Notes under the pieces: model-generated
What the model was told of the DNA's origin: nothing
The model's database searches: none
The model's input: only the letters and a program-made list of their open reading frames with translations
Shown: positions 41,426 through 55,623 of the stretch, piece by piece
Numbering within the stretch: position 1 is the first letter of the stretch
Layout: each line of letters opens with the position of its first letter
Source: Octopus sinensis
Taxonomy: Eukaryota
Reading direction: 5' to 3'
Length of the DNA stretch: 64,000 nt
Assembly (NCBI RefSeq): GCF_006345805.1
Contig: NC_043019.1
Location: 18,723,360-18,787,359, forward strand
Made by a program: the position numbers and the translations under genes

Positions 41426-44196
41426 TGAGGCAGCACTGTTTAGGGCCAGATGCTCTTCCAGTCACTTACCCTTATCTGTATTTTTCAAAAAGGGATGTCT
41501 TATTCCACGCATCTTTAACCCATTAAACTGTCAAAGGTAATGCTTATTTATTCCCATTATTTTGAATTAACCATTCACTATCTTGTTGCTGTGATTGTTT
41601 ACATTTAGAATGACACTGTAGGGTAGGTGTGAGAGACCCGATCTGGCCTTTTTTAACATAAACTGGGTTGAATATTTGGGCCTGATAAAACCAGTATAAA
41701 TGTTAAAAGAGTTAAAGGACCAAAGCCAGGAGATAACATAAGGACAACAACGTAACTGCTTGTAGATGAAGGATTTGGGAGGAGAGCAAGTGTAAACAAA
41801 CACGCATATATATATATATGCACAGAACAGGCTTCATTCAGTTTCCATCTATTGAATCCCATCTCAAGGCGTTGGTTGACCTGGAGCTATAGAAGAAGAG
41901 AGGTGCCTTCATATATTTCCTATTCACTGGTCCCGTGTTGATGGGTACAAATATGCAGCCTCCAAGCATGGTCATGTAAAACACGAGTGATAGTCAGAGC
42001 ATTCTAGATGGTTGCTGGGGTACATTTTTGTAATACAAGCAGAATCTTTGACTGATTGCCAGATCAATCCATGATAATCGCTAACATGGTTCACAACCGA
42101 GAAAACCATGTTTTCCTTGGATCTCTAACAAATAAATCAGGATAGACAAAGCTACATGAATCTCTTAATCACTGCTCAGGTCACCAATATTCTTCAAACT
42201 ATATAACCGATTCCATCACCACCACCACCACCTTCTTCTTCTTCTTCATAATATAAACAAGAAAATAATTCCAACAAAAATAAAAGAAAATCAAATACAA
42301 TAATCAAAAAACAAAAGCAAAAACCAGAAAAAAAAAACTAATAAAAGCCAACAACAAAAACAAGAGCAAATGCCGAAGAAATGCGTTCTATGTTACCAAT
42401 GTCTAATGTCAGTTGCAGGATTTTGTGAATTTTCACGGCACTATCATGTCCCGAGAGAAGACCATTCCTCAGAAGATTCATTAATAATTCAAGAGCAGAT
42501 GACTTATCGATTTCATTAGATTTCTTGATTCCAATAAAGTTGAAATATTCATGTGGGAAGCATTGAATTTCTGAAGACGTGGTTTTGTTCCACTGAGAAG
42601 GAAATGTAGCATTGGCCAGGATTTAGAAGATTTAGATTTTTCCAGAAGAAATTTGTTCGCCTCATCTTCTTCCATTTTATGTACATTTTCTAAAATGGCA
42701 TCAATATCTGCAGCAACAAAAACAATAAAACATCATGAAACATTTTTTCCTTTTTTTAAAAAAAAACGTTTACATATTATAAATACGTTGATTAAACAAC
42801 CCCAAAAGAAGTAGGGTTGAAGGCATCTTCCTTATACAAAATACCTAACAAAGCACATCACACAGGTAAATGTCATTTGCGACAGGTAAAAAGAGCCAAG
42901 CTTTTTACCTGTTTTGCATGCTCATAGCAGATCTCACTCTGTTGATAACATTTGAGGTAGGTTTCCAGCTTGAGGGTAACTTTCTCTTTCTCCTTGTTAA
43001 CAGTGTTGGAGGTATTTCAACCTGCTAGAAATAGCTGCCAACTCTCAAACGTATCAAACCCAACTATCTTAGAAAAGAAGGATTTATAGTATAATATGGT
43101 ATTGGGTTCAATGTGAGAAAAAAACTGGGGAAAGGATCTCAACTAGAATGCCTTTGACTATAAACCTGGCCTGGGACCTGGGGGGAGGGCATGGCTGCAT
43201 GGTAACAAGTTTGCCTCCCAATCACATTGGTCTGGGTTCAGTCCTACTGCACCTTGCCAAGCGACTTCCACTATAGAATAGGCCCCTTATGAATGGATTT
43301 TTGAGCAAGACTAGCAATTGCTAACCCCACCCCCACCACAGCTTTTCCATCTCCATGCCACAGGACATTTCTCCAAAGACACTTTGATCAACATTGCTTG
43401 GTACCAATGGTGTCGGAATACAAAGAATTGGAACAGATCCTGCTGGGGCCTCTCACCTAGCTCCTGACCTTTGACCCTCAAACACTTTTGCTGATCCATT
43501 GCTCTGGATTTCTGTTTTATTCTATCAACCATGGAAAGAAAAAAAGGTAAAGTTCACCTGAGCAGGATTTGAACCCAGAATACAGGGACTCAGAAAAAAA
43601 CACCACAAGGCATTCTATCCAATGCTCTAACGACTACTAATTGGCTACCTTCGTTTCCATAAAGATGTGAGACATATAAAATTTGGGCAGGAATAGAGCA
43701 CAAATTTAAACAGTAATCTATGGAGAATCAGCCCTTCATTCTATAATAAACAACTTTCATCATCATTGCCACCAGCAACACCACTGTACCACCACTGCCA
43801 CTAACATCAACAGTGACAACCCTTCAAAATCTTTTGGTTAACTGACATCCAACATAATCTCAATGAAATACTTTTAAGCAAATTCCATTTTATGTTGTTC
43901 AAATGGTTCAAAAATTTATTGATATAAAAGATGGCCTTCTTTGGTTTTGTAGAAGAATCTCTTGTGGAGATTCAGAGTCACACCTAAGAAGTTTAGTATG
44001 GATTTGACGGAATGGACAGGCAAACACTTTTGACACAACTAATGAAGCCCTTTGTGAATCTATGTAGGGTTCAGGAACTGTAATTAGTCATGGTCAGTAG
44101 GTTATGACCCTTTTACAAACCCTCTACCCCTATAGTAGGATATATAACCCCTAGTTGAAACAGAAACAAGCCAATAAAGGATATGAAGCATACATT

Positions 44197-44228
<32 letters not shown>

Positions 44229-47200
44229 TTAAATATGATTTGGAAAAAATCTTTTAGGATGCTATACAAAGCTCATCCACAGTCATTGGCTACCTGATGT
44301 CATCATACAGTGGGAATGCTCTTACTACTGGATATAAATCAGGAATTTCATCATATCTGTAGAGTTTATATAAATAGATGAACAACAGAAAATGGAGTAA
44401 ACGATATTCTTTATTTCAATCCCTACAATTGTTTCCAAACATCATTACACTCATAGCACAATGATGATATAATTAATATATTGTGTAATAGTTCTCATCC
44501 ATCAAAGCTGTGAGATGTGTTTCTTGTGGTGATTATTTTCAATTCCTCCATTATATCCCAGTGTGAGAATGAAGATCCACAGAGCGTTCATTATTAAATA
44601 AAAAAGAATAATCACTTATAGTACAAAAATTAGTTGAGTCAGTTTTTTTAATCAAAGCTTCTCATCATTTTCCAATCTATGGAGAAATAGGTAAACCTGA
44701 CTCATTTATACGCCTACTGCATAGGTTTACACATTACACGCGTGCACATGCATGCGTGTGTGTAGAGAAACACAGTAGACATCTCAGCTAGCAGCATCCA
44801 ACTGGCATAAAAGAAGAGCACAACAGTTCCAAGACAGAAAGACACAAGTCCCAACTTACCATTATCAAGCTGTTTAATTGTGCAACGAGAGCGCAGTGTA
44901 TTCTCCAGGAAATCAAGGAAAACAAAGGTATCCTGGGTTGGTTCCGACTGGATAGTCTTTGCTCTGGACTTGGAAAAAAAGAAAAAAAAGAAAAAAATTT
45001 TTTATTAATGATTTGATATTTAAAAAAAAATATTTAATAATTAGGATTGAAAAAGGAGAGGGTTGAGGTTAGGGTGCAGCAAAGGAGAGATCCCAACAAT
45101 GACTATGATGGCCATGACATGGGCCCTGAAGGAGACCTAAAGCACAGAAGACCTAAGAGTATCTAAAGAAGAACTGTTGAAAACAAGAGGCAGATCAGTG
45201 AATGGAGAATGTGGAGAAGAAGGTTCTAATCATAGCCATTGACAGGCTAGCATGGAGAAAGAGAATGGTAGCCAAGTGTGTGGCCTGAAAACAACAGGAA
45301 GGTGGTCTGGAGATGAAGCAGGGGCTGTAACAGAAAATGAGAACTACAGGACCTTGTGGGACTCCCCAATAAAGACTGGTCACACTAATGAAGCAAGAAG
45401 ACCAAATATGATCGTTGGGGACTAAACAAACAGTGTAATATGATAGGTTTTGTAATTCGCTCTGGAAGTAGGGTTGATAGGAAATGGGAGAAACAGAAAT
45501 ACGAGGATGAAGGCTGTGGAGAGCTGTGGAGAGCTGTGGCAGAGCGAGACAACAGTTATTCGTGTAGGAAATGGTGTGTTTGGCACAACACCCAAAATGC
45601 TACTTAAAAGACTGAAAGAGATTAGAGTTGAAACTCACATTGTCCACTCGCAGAAAAGTACCGTTCTATATTCTGCAAGAATCCTGAGAAAGATTTTTGA
45701 GGTTTGAGGAAACTTGTTGACAAACCTCACGATAAAATAACTGACACTAAATTAGCAAGCACTAGCAGAGGAGGAGGAGGAGGAGGAGGAGGGGAGGAGG
45801 AGGATTAAAAAGAAGTAAATCAATGAGAGATGAAAAAACTTACAGCATACAAGCCCTGGTAATATTTGCTCAGGTCCTTTACTTGATGGCAACACAGCAA
45901 AAGGTCAGCACCTCTCCTACACTGAACGGCTGCACATTCATAGTTGTTCTTATTAATAGCAGATTTAATGTTTTGTCTCACACGGGCCATTTCTATACCA
46001 GCACATCTAGCTACAATCAAGAATTGGATTGGCAAAATAAAATCAATATAAATAAACAATTCTGATATGTGTGTGTGTGTGTATACATAAATATATAATA
46101 ATAATCATCATCATCATTTAGCATCTGTTGTCCATGCTGTTGGCTGGTTTGACCAGGGCTGACAAGCTGCACCAGACCCCAATCTGATTTGGCATGGTTT
46201 CTATGGCTGGATGCTCTTCCTAATGCCAACCACTCTAAGAGTGTAATGGGTACTGGTGGCACGGGTGCCATTTGCATGACACCAATATCTGCCACGACTG
46301 CAATTTTACTTGGCTTGATGGGTCCTCTTCTTCTCAAATGTGACAGAATGCTAAAGGTCTCAGTCAGTACCTCCATGAGGCCCAACACTCAAAAGGAGCT
46401 TTTCATGTGTCACCGGCATCTGCCACTTAGCCTCCCAGAGGCCCAATGCTCAAAAGGTGCTTTCTACATGCCACCAGCACAGGTGCCAATTATGTAACAC
46501 CTGCATCTGCCACAACTACGATTTCCCTTGGCTTGATGGGTCTTCTCAAGCACAACATATCACCACTAGTCATTGCTTCTGTGAGGCCCAAAGTTCGAAG
46601 ATCTCGCTAGACCTACCTTTCAATGTGCCTATACAGACAGTGCCAACTCTGAAAGCTGGGAAAGTGATGTGGGAGGGAACATGGGAAGGAGAAATGGTAC
46701 CCATATAAATATACTGGTGTTAGAAAGGGCATCCAGTCATAGAAACCATGCCAAAACAATGGAACTTGGTATGGCCCCTAGTGTTACCAGTTCCACCCAA
46801 GCCATCCAACTCATGCCAGCTTGGAAAGCAGATATAAAATGATGATGATGATTACACACACACACACAACAAAAATAAAGAGAGAAAAAAATGACATCTT
46901 TAATTGGTGATTCTATCACCCTGTTGTGTCATTATATTTAGACACTGAGAAGCCCCAGTAAAGTTAATATATATAAAAATATATGTTGACATTATGAAAG
47001 CAACCCAAAATTGGTTGAATTCAAAGAATTTAACCAAGAAAATATCTCCAGTAGATGAATGCACACAAAAAGAACATTAAGAAGAAATATAAATATTCTA
47101 AGGAAAGCTAGTTTGGTATTCAACTTTTGGTGATGCCAGTGGATAAAGAATAAAAAATAAACATGAATTCTATGTAACAACAATCAGAAATTCTACACAT

Positions 47201-47235
47201 TATATACACACACACACAAACACATACTGTATATA

Positions 47236-47294
<59 letters not shown>

Positions 47295-50200
47295 GCACAC
47301 AATCATATAAAATTAATCCTTTGTTTCTATGTCTGGATTCTCTTCCTGATGCCAACCACTCCGAGAGTGTAGTGGGTACCTTTTACGTCACTGGCACAAG
47401 AGCTTTTCTATGTCATTGGCACAGATGCTGTTACACGTCACCGGCACCAGCCACAACCCTGATTTCACTTGAGTTGACAAGTCTTCTGAAGCACAGCCAA
47501 AGGTCAAAGGTCAAGATCTGTTGTCATTGTTTCTGTGAGACCCCATGTTTGAAGGTCATGCTTCACCACATCGTTCCATGTCTTCCTGAGTCTACCTCTT
47601 CTACAGCTCCCCTCCACAGGTAGAGATCAGCACTTCTTTATGCAGCTCTCCTCATCCATACACATCACATGACCATACCAGCGCAGTCGTTTCTCTTGCA
47701 CACCACATCTGATGACTCTTATGCCCGACCTTTCTCTCAAAATGTTTATCCTCTGTTGTATTTGCACACTAGCTTCGTTTCTTTCAAGCCTTTGCATCTC
47801 TTCCAAAGTCACAACCCATGTTTCAATGCCATGTAGCGTGGTTGTTCACACACAGGCATCATACAATCTTCCTGCTACTCTGAGGGCGAGGCCCTTTGTT
47901 GTCAACAAAGGTAGGAGCTCTCTGAACTTTGCGCAGCCTATTCTTATTCTAGCAGCAATGCTCTCAGAGCATCCACTATCAACTACTTCTAGATATTTCC
48001 ACTAGCATTTGATAGAGTCAATTTTCTGTATATTCCTACTGTTTACTGTATCTGTGCATCTGCCACACACAAAGACTATTTTCCCTGTTAACCTTCCTCT
48101 AATAATGCTGCACCTTTTATGTGTCCAAAGCTAACACTAGGTGCATTTTATGGAGTTTCTACCTACACCTTTTCTACAGATTGAGCAGGGTCATCTACCT
48201 GAAGGGATTTGTGATTTGTCTACCTTCCTACCTACTAAGACTTTGGTTTTTGCTAAATTTACTCTAAAGCCCGTTGACTCCAGACCTTGCTTCCACTCAT
48301 GAAATTTTTCCTCCAGTTCTGGTAGTGATTCAGCTATAGGTGGAAAGTCATCAGCATAGAGGAGCTCCCAGGGGCAGCCCATCCTAAATTCATGTTATTG
48401 CAGGACTATGAGGAACAAGAGGAAGTTGAGAACTGAACCTTGCTGAACTCCTACTTGTACCCCGAATTCATCACTGTACTTGTTGTTAACCCTTGCCTTA
48501 CCCACAGCATTACTGTAAATGGTTTGTACAGCTCTCACCAGCCACTCCTCTATTCCTAACTTCTGTATTAACCACCGTATAAGGGAGCAGGGGATCTTGT
48601 CAAAGAATCTCTCCAAGTCAACAAAAGCCAAGTACAGAGGTTTATTTGTGGTCAGGTATTTCTCCTGCAGTTGCCTTACCACGAATATATGGTCAGTGGT
48701 GCTTCTCCCTGACACAAAACTAAACTGCATTTCATCTAGACTAACTCTAACACAAAAAAAAAGAAAGGAAAAAAGAAGTTATTATTTTTCCTGAAACCGA
48801 AGCTAATTTTATATGGTTTATTATCCAAGTAATGTAACAGAATTTCCTCCAATTTTTTTTAATGAAAATTATAGAGCTTACATAACAAAATTATATTGGT
48901 CACACCTTCAGGTATATTTCCGCTCACTTATAGCACAATATCTAACATTTTAATTCCAACATCAAAGAGTTTTTTCCTTTTCATTTTTGAAAAATGTATT
49001 TAAAGTACTTGCAACAGGATCTGGAATCGGTATCCCTGAAGGGGTGTCCGATCCGATCCCGTCACATTCAATCTAGTTAGATATAACAGACGAAGTCAGG
49101 TTATCTGGGAAAGAGAGCAAATTGTTGTTTATTACTCGTGATGGTGTACGTATTTTCTGAGGGGAAACGACAGCCGAATCTTTGTCCTGCTTCTTGTTGG
49201 TTGATTGAAGTGATTCGATGTGGTCCGTTGCTAAGCCGGTGTAGAGTTCTCAGAAACTACCAAATGCACGTCTGTTCACGAGGGCTGAAAGGGCCAGAGA
49301 GAGTGAATGGACTGTGGTTTAGGGGTCAGTTTCCCGCACATGCGTCTGGGGAAGACTTCTGGTGGCCACCCGGAAGTAGTCCCATTCTGTGCATGTGCGC
49401 TGAACCTTACACAGTAGCATCACTACATACTGTATTTGGTTTAAATATTTTATTCTAAAGAAAAATCACAACACCTCTGAACACCAAGTACCCCCTTAAC
49501 ATTTTGTCCCTTTCTTATGGGCTTCCAATGGCCCCTAAGCTAGGTTGAGAACCATTGCTCAACATGGCCATCCACCTGCTAGAAATAGCAATCAAATTTC
49601 CCCAAGATTTTTTTTTTTGTCAAATTGGAGGGTATTTGGTTGCCAGTAAACAAAGTTCTGTTACATAAGAGTTCAATCATCAGCACCAGCATCATCAAAA
49701 ATATTTATATGCCACAGAACCTCCCTAAACTAGACATCAATATTTAAATACTGCCCAAGTATTCACATCATCAGCTGCCAAACAGATATCACTATGGTTT
49801 CAACACCTGGACAACAGTATTGAAAATATAAACACTGCCTGGGAATCCTGCAGCTTATGACAAGATACAACATAAAAGTAAACAAATAATTATAGCAAAC
49901 AACAACAATATCAATGCACCAATTCAACTGATAACATCAACACGAGCATCAATATCAGTAAAATCTTGTTTACCAGGTATCTTACGGCAGCTCTCAGATG
50001 TATTGTGGGGTAACCGACAATCCTTATTCAGCAGTAGTGTCAATACTTCTTTACTGTGTGATGGGTGGTCATCAACCAAATCACAAATCCTTTCAAAAGC
50101 TGTTTGTTTATTTCTGTCTGTTGCATCCAGTTGGTTCCTTGAAGTACTTGCCCATTGGAGAACATAAGAAAATGTCTGGAACTGTCCTGAAAAAGTGCAA

Positions 50201-53200
50201 TGGAAGCAAATTGCATACATGAAAACATATTTAGCACTCATTACACTCTCAGAGTAGATGGTATTAGGAAGGGCATCCAGCCGTAGAAAGCAGCCTTCCA
50301 ACTTGCCAACCCTGGTCAAACTGTCCAACCCACGCCAGCATAGACAACAGACATTAAAATGATGATGATGATATTTGTCTTAAAAATCTTAACTTTGAAT
50401 ATTAAATTACTCCATCTGCTGCAAAATGAATTTCATAATTACCATCTCTCGTTTTTACTCACTCTACACCATGGAGGTCTTTTTACACTGGCTACATCAG
50501 AAATGAATGGTCGTACCATCAACCTGTTACATTTACTCCTTTAACAGCACATTATATATAAACAATCCTCATCGTTTAAACAGTATCTCGGCTGCTACCG
50601 AAATGAAGTTGGAATTTTCTATTAAGATCTTTAATAACAACTTCATTAAGCTATACTCTTTCAGTAATTACAAGTAAATCTTTGACTGTCACAAGTTTAT
50701 TATTGTCACAGCCTGTCCCTCTATACATTATACCTCACATGTTATAACAATTCACCCACTTTACATTATACTGTATACGTTGCAATAGTTTCTCATTTAT
50801 ACATTATATCTTGCTTGTTATAACAGTTTGAATGTTGGTTACTGTTGACATCAAATTTTTAAATTTTCATTTCATCGTTAGAGGTCATTAAAATATTCAA
50901 ACAGAGAATAATAGTTTTGGACATTCCACTTTGTTAACCTATCATCATTTTGCCTTCTTAGTCTGGGTTTTGAACAGAAATATTCCTTCATAACAAAACA
51001 AAATATGTTTTCAAATGTAGAATTTATTAAGTCATCAGTTGTAAAAAGCCTTTCTGCATTTCTAGAAAAGAGAAACTTTTACAAGAATGAATTTTCTAAT
51101 TCCTCACCTGAAACAGTAGCAATCTCTGCAGCAACATGAAGTGCAGGTGCTTTCCTGTAAGCACATAAGTACTCACAGGGGGCACCATTGACCAAAATTT
51201 TTTCAATTAACAAATCAATGTGTGGAGGAATATTCAAAGAATATTCTTGCAATATTTCCACCAACGTTAGATCGGATGTGTCTTCAATAGATGCCAAGTC
51301 ACTGAAAGGTGAAATAGGTGGAAAACCCAACAATAAAAGTGTGAGTACATGCCAATCTCGAATCTTGTGGAAATACTGCAAACTCTTCTGTGGCAAAGCC
51401 ACTTCTCCTCTTGCAAAGCAGAAAGTACCTGAGAGAGAGAGAACAAAATCAAAATACAAAGGCAATATTGTTAATCTCCCCCAAAACTCCAAAGTTTATA
51501 CAAATTAGGACCGAGTTCTATTTTCATTGCAGGTCAGGACAAATTCTGGCACAAGGCCAGCAATTCTGAGGGAGGGATAAGTCAATTACATAAGCCCAAG
51601 TGAACAACTGGTACTTATTTAATCGACCCCAAAAGGATGAAAGGTAAAGCTGACCTTGGTGGTATTTGAACTCAGAAAGTAAAGCCAGACAAAATACTGC
51701 TGAGCATTTTGCCAGGCATGCGAACGATTCAGCCAGCTTTTAATAATATTAACAGAAAATTATCCCTGGGTTCCTGACAGTAAAATGGGGCATTTTGAAT
51801 GCAGGGAACTGCAGCGACAGGAGCACACTATAATGCCTATAATGGATTAAGTTCTCTAAGACGGAGATTGAAAATAAGAGCAGAGACATAGAAAGTTGGT
51901 AGTCTTTATTCTTCAGATATCTACAAGTGTAATGTTTCCTTAGTTTCAGCTAATTCTTGCATAAAGAATTCTGCTTGCAAGTAAACGTGGATTCCATACA
52001 GAACAATCCATGGATAATATAGTTTACTCCAACTGTCAACTACAGCAGGAACAGAAGACTGGGTTGATAATGGGAGTTGATGAGGCCCTTGTTATTGTCT
52101 TTAATATTTTGTTTTCTTTGTTTCCAGCATCTTGATGAATATAGGATAATTATGAACATCACTGAAATAATTGATTTAATAGACAAACTTAAGGTTTTAA
52201 GCCTTAATTCCATTTAAAAGATAAGACTAAGTTTTCACTAGTTATTGACACAAAGTGAGAACGCATGCAAAATCATTCTTTTGATTGCATGGTTATGCCA
52301 TCTCAACAACATCTATGAGTCTTTTTAGCAATTCAATATTTGAGAAAGCAAAAAATTGAATTTCTAGGATGATGCCTGAAAGAAGAGCAGCAATTATCAT
52401 AGATATTTATTTCTTATATAAGTTTTATGATAAATTTGGGGCATTAACAATGTTGATCTCACTAATCATGGAAGGCCTACAAAGGACTCTGCCTCCAGAA
52501 CAATCCAGTAAAGAAAAAGTTGACTCTTTTTGATAAGTGATGGTTGGTCAGTTGCCAAAAAATATTGTCTAAATGAAATTGGTAGAGGGAGTCAATAGTC
52601 ATGGTCTCCAACAGAAATACATTCAACTACAATGAACTGGTCACTGACAAGTGAAGACAAACTATGGTATACTACCCAAGTATTTTAATGGTTAAGGTTT
52701 GATTCCCAGACTGGGCAACATGTGTTCTTGAGCAAAGCACTTCACATTGCTTTAGTGCTGTGTGGAGATCAGAATGTCAAAGAATACAGGGGTTGACAAA
52801 ATAATGGAAACACCTAAAAATTTCAAACAAATCTTCAATAATATTGAGATCTGCGGTGGCCAGATAAGATGTCCAACTTCACTAGAATGTTCCTCATGCC
52901 ATTCAGTAACAACTTTAGCTGTGTCAATTGGTGCATTATCATCCTGAAAGATTGTGTTTCCCTCCGGAAACAGTTCTACAACCATAGGATGAATTTGGTC
53001 AGATAAAATGCTTAAATAGTCTTGACTATTAATTCTGCCATGAAGGGACACCATTGGGGCGGCAGATTTCCAAGATATAGCCCCTCCCCCCAGCCCAGAT
53101 CCTAACAGTTCTTCCTCCATGTTTAACAGTTGGAAGAAGGCAGTCTAGGTCAAATGCTTCTTTTGGCTGTCTCCACACTTATATTCAGCCGGTGGTCGGA

Positions 53201-55586
53201 AATAAGGTAAAGGATGACTTGTCTGAGAAAATAACATTCTTCCTCTGCTCTAGGGACCAATTCTGTAGGTTTTTACTCCACTCTAAAAGCTTTGCAGCGT
53301 TTGTTTTTGAAAGTAGTGATTTTCTGAATGCAGCCCGCCCATGAAATCTGGCTTTGTGCAGCTCCCGGCGAATAGTTTTAGTGGAAACTGGGTTCTCAAG
53401 GTGGTCCTTAAGCTCTGTTGTCATTTTGGGAACTTTACTTTTGTGATCCTTTCTAACAATTCGCATAAGAGTCCGATGGTCCCTATCTGAAAGTTTTGGT
53501 TTTCTTCTGGAGTTTTGTTTCAACGAGGAAGCTTTTCCCTCTTTCTCAAAGGCTGTCATTACTTTCGAGACAGTACTTCTTGATACACCAAACATTTTGG
53601 CTGTTTTCACTATGCTAGCGCCTGCCATACGAGCACCAACAATTTGATCTCTTTGAAAGTTCGATAGATCTGTCATTTTAATGAATTTTAATTAACTTTT
53701 TTCTAATGATATCTGAAAAGAAACAACAATTTTAGCAAATCATATTAAGCAACACTAACAATAAATAAAAAAAACATAAAAATAAACAAGCTTTTGACGG
53801 TTTTATAGATATTTCAAAATTATGATGCTATGATATTAGGTGTTTCCATTATTTTGTCCAACCCCTGTAGACCCATCATCTCCTCTACATGCTGTTAGAG
53901 GCAACTAGTAAAATGTTCAGGTAGGATTTGCACTCCAACCACATGAAACGCTCACCAGCAACGACTCCCCAAAAGACAGACCTTTGGGTTGGAGGGTTGT
54001 CATCGGCCAGGAGTGGAAGGCAGCCACCAACAAATGGTGGATGCAGAGATGCAGTACAGTGATGATGCTGATGATGATGTTAAATATGTTTGAAATATTG
54101 TATTGTTTCCTTGTGTAAACATGTGAGCAGGCAAACACATTAAAGGTGAAGAAAGGATGGTGGAGACAAATATTTTGGCTAAGCTGGATGCAGAGTTGCA
54201 GTTGGTTCAGAGGAGCAAGGGCCATTATGGTAACAGCTAAATAGGCAAAGAGAGGAGACAGCGGGTTTTCATGTCTTGAGTGAGCCATTGCCAATCACTG
54301 AAATGGTAGTGGTTCATGCAGCAGTGTCCCACATGTGAGAGCAGGACTATTGCCCTGATTTGTCTTTAGAAACCTTATTTCCCAAATTGATCAAATGCTG
54401 CCACACGTGGGCAAATTACTTACCTGGCCTTAGAATGTCTAAGGCAGCAAATGCGTGGAACACAAGAAGTTGCTTTTCTGAAGGCAGACACGGATAAATG
54501 TTCAATAAACAATGCAGAGTTTGTTCAGCACCTTTTTCCTTTGCCATCTCAACAGATTTATGCAGGCACTACAAATATATAGTAAAAGCAATAATAATAA
54601 TAATAATAATAATAACTAGCTGGACCTGTGAAAACTTCATGGAAATCATAAAAAATGTAAGCATTTGTAAATTGTGTGCCGGTGCCATGAGAAATGTTTC
54701 TATATTGTGACACTTACAGTAATATCCAATATTGGCTGAGGACCCAGTATATAGAATACGGTAATTAATTATATTGTAAGAAAGTAAAAATAACATCCAA
54801 AATTTGCTGTGGTTATGCATCTGTCTCCTCTGAATATACTGATAAACATTTGAAAACATAAAACAAACGCCACCTTCCTTTCAGTCACCACTTCCTCTCT
54901 GTCCCTCCTCTCTCTCGCTTCACTACTCACTTCAATTATACCTCCTCTGCTTAACACCTTTTATTTTTACTCCTACCTCTCTCTTCAAGTGTAGAAAAGT
55001 AAGAGTAACATCCACAGGTATTTGCTGAGAGAGAGAGACAGACAGACAGATAGGCCGCTGCTAGGACCGGATTAACACCCACAAATGTTCCTAACAACTA
55101 AAAAGATTTTCCTGCCCCTATATAGGATCTTTTTTCATTTTCTTCCAACCACCTGAAGGTTTATCTTGCTTCAGTCCACTCACCTGGCCAAAATAAGTTG
55201 TAGCTGTAATTGAAAGGGGGCCAGCCTTGCCACATTCTGTGTGAGGCTGAATCTCCCAGAGAACTACCTTATGGTATGCATGTCTGTGGAGTACTCAGCC
55301 GTTTGTGAGTTAATTTTATCCTTGTGTGGCAATGAAAAGTGAAAGTGACATCCAATATTTGCTGTGGTTGTCTTTGATTTACCAATGTGTCTCTGTATCT
55401 ACTTTTCTTTCGGTGAATCAGTCTACTCTGAACATACTGAAACATTTTCCCTCTCTTCCTTTCAGTCACTACTCACTCTCCCTCTCCCTCGAACTATGCC
55501 TCCTCTGCCTTTTATTTCTCTTTTGCTTTCTACCTCTCCCTTCAACTGTAGAAAAGTAACAGTAACATCCACAGCTATTTGCTGAA

Positions 55587-55623
<37 letters not shown>

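Noticed and set aside
42502-42507. ATAAGT as a non-canonical donor rescuing the frameshifted exon
   Set aside because: It gives phase 0 while the next exon needs phase 1, and it would drop the conserved second half of the module.
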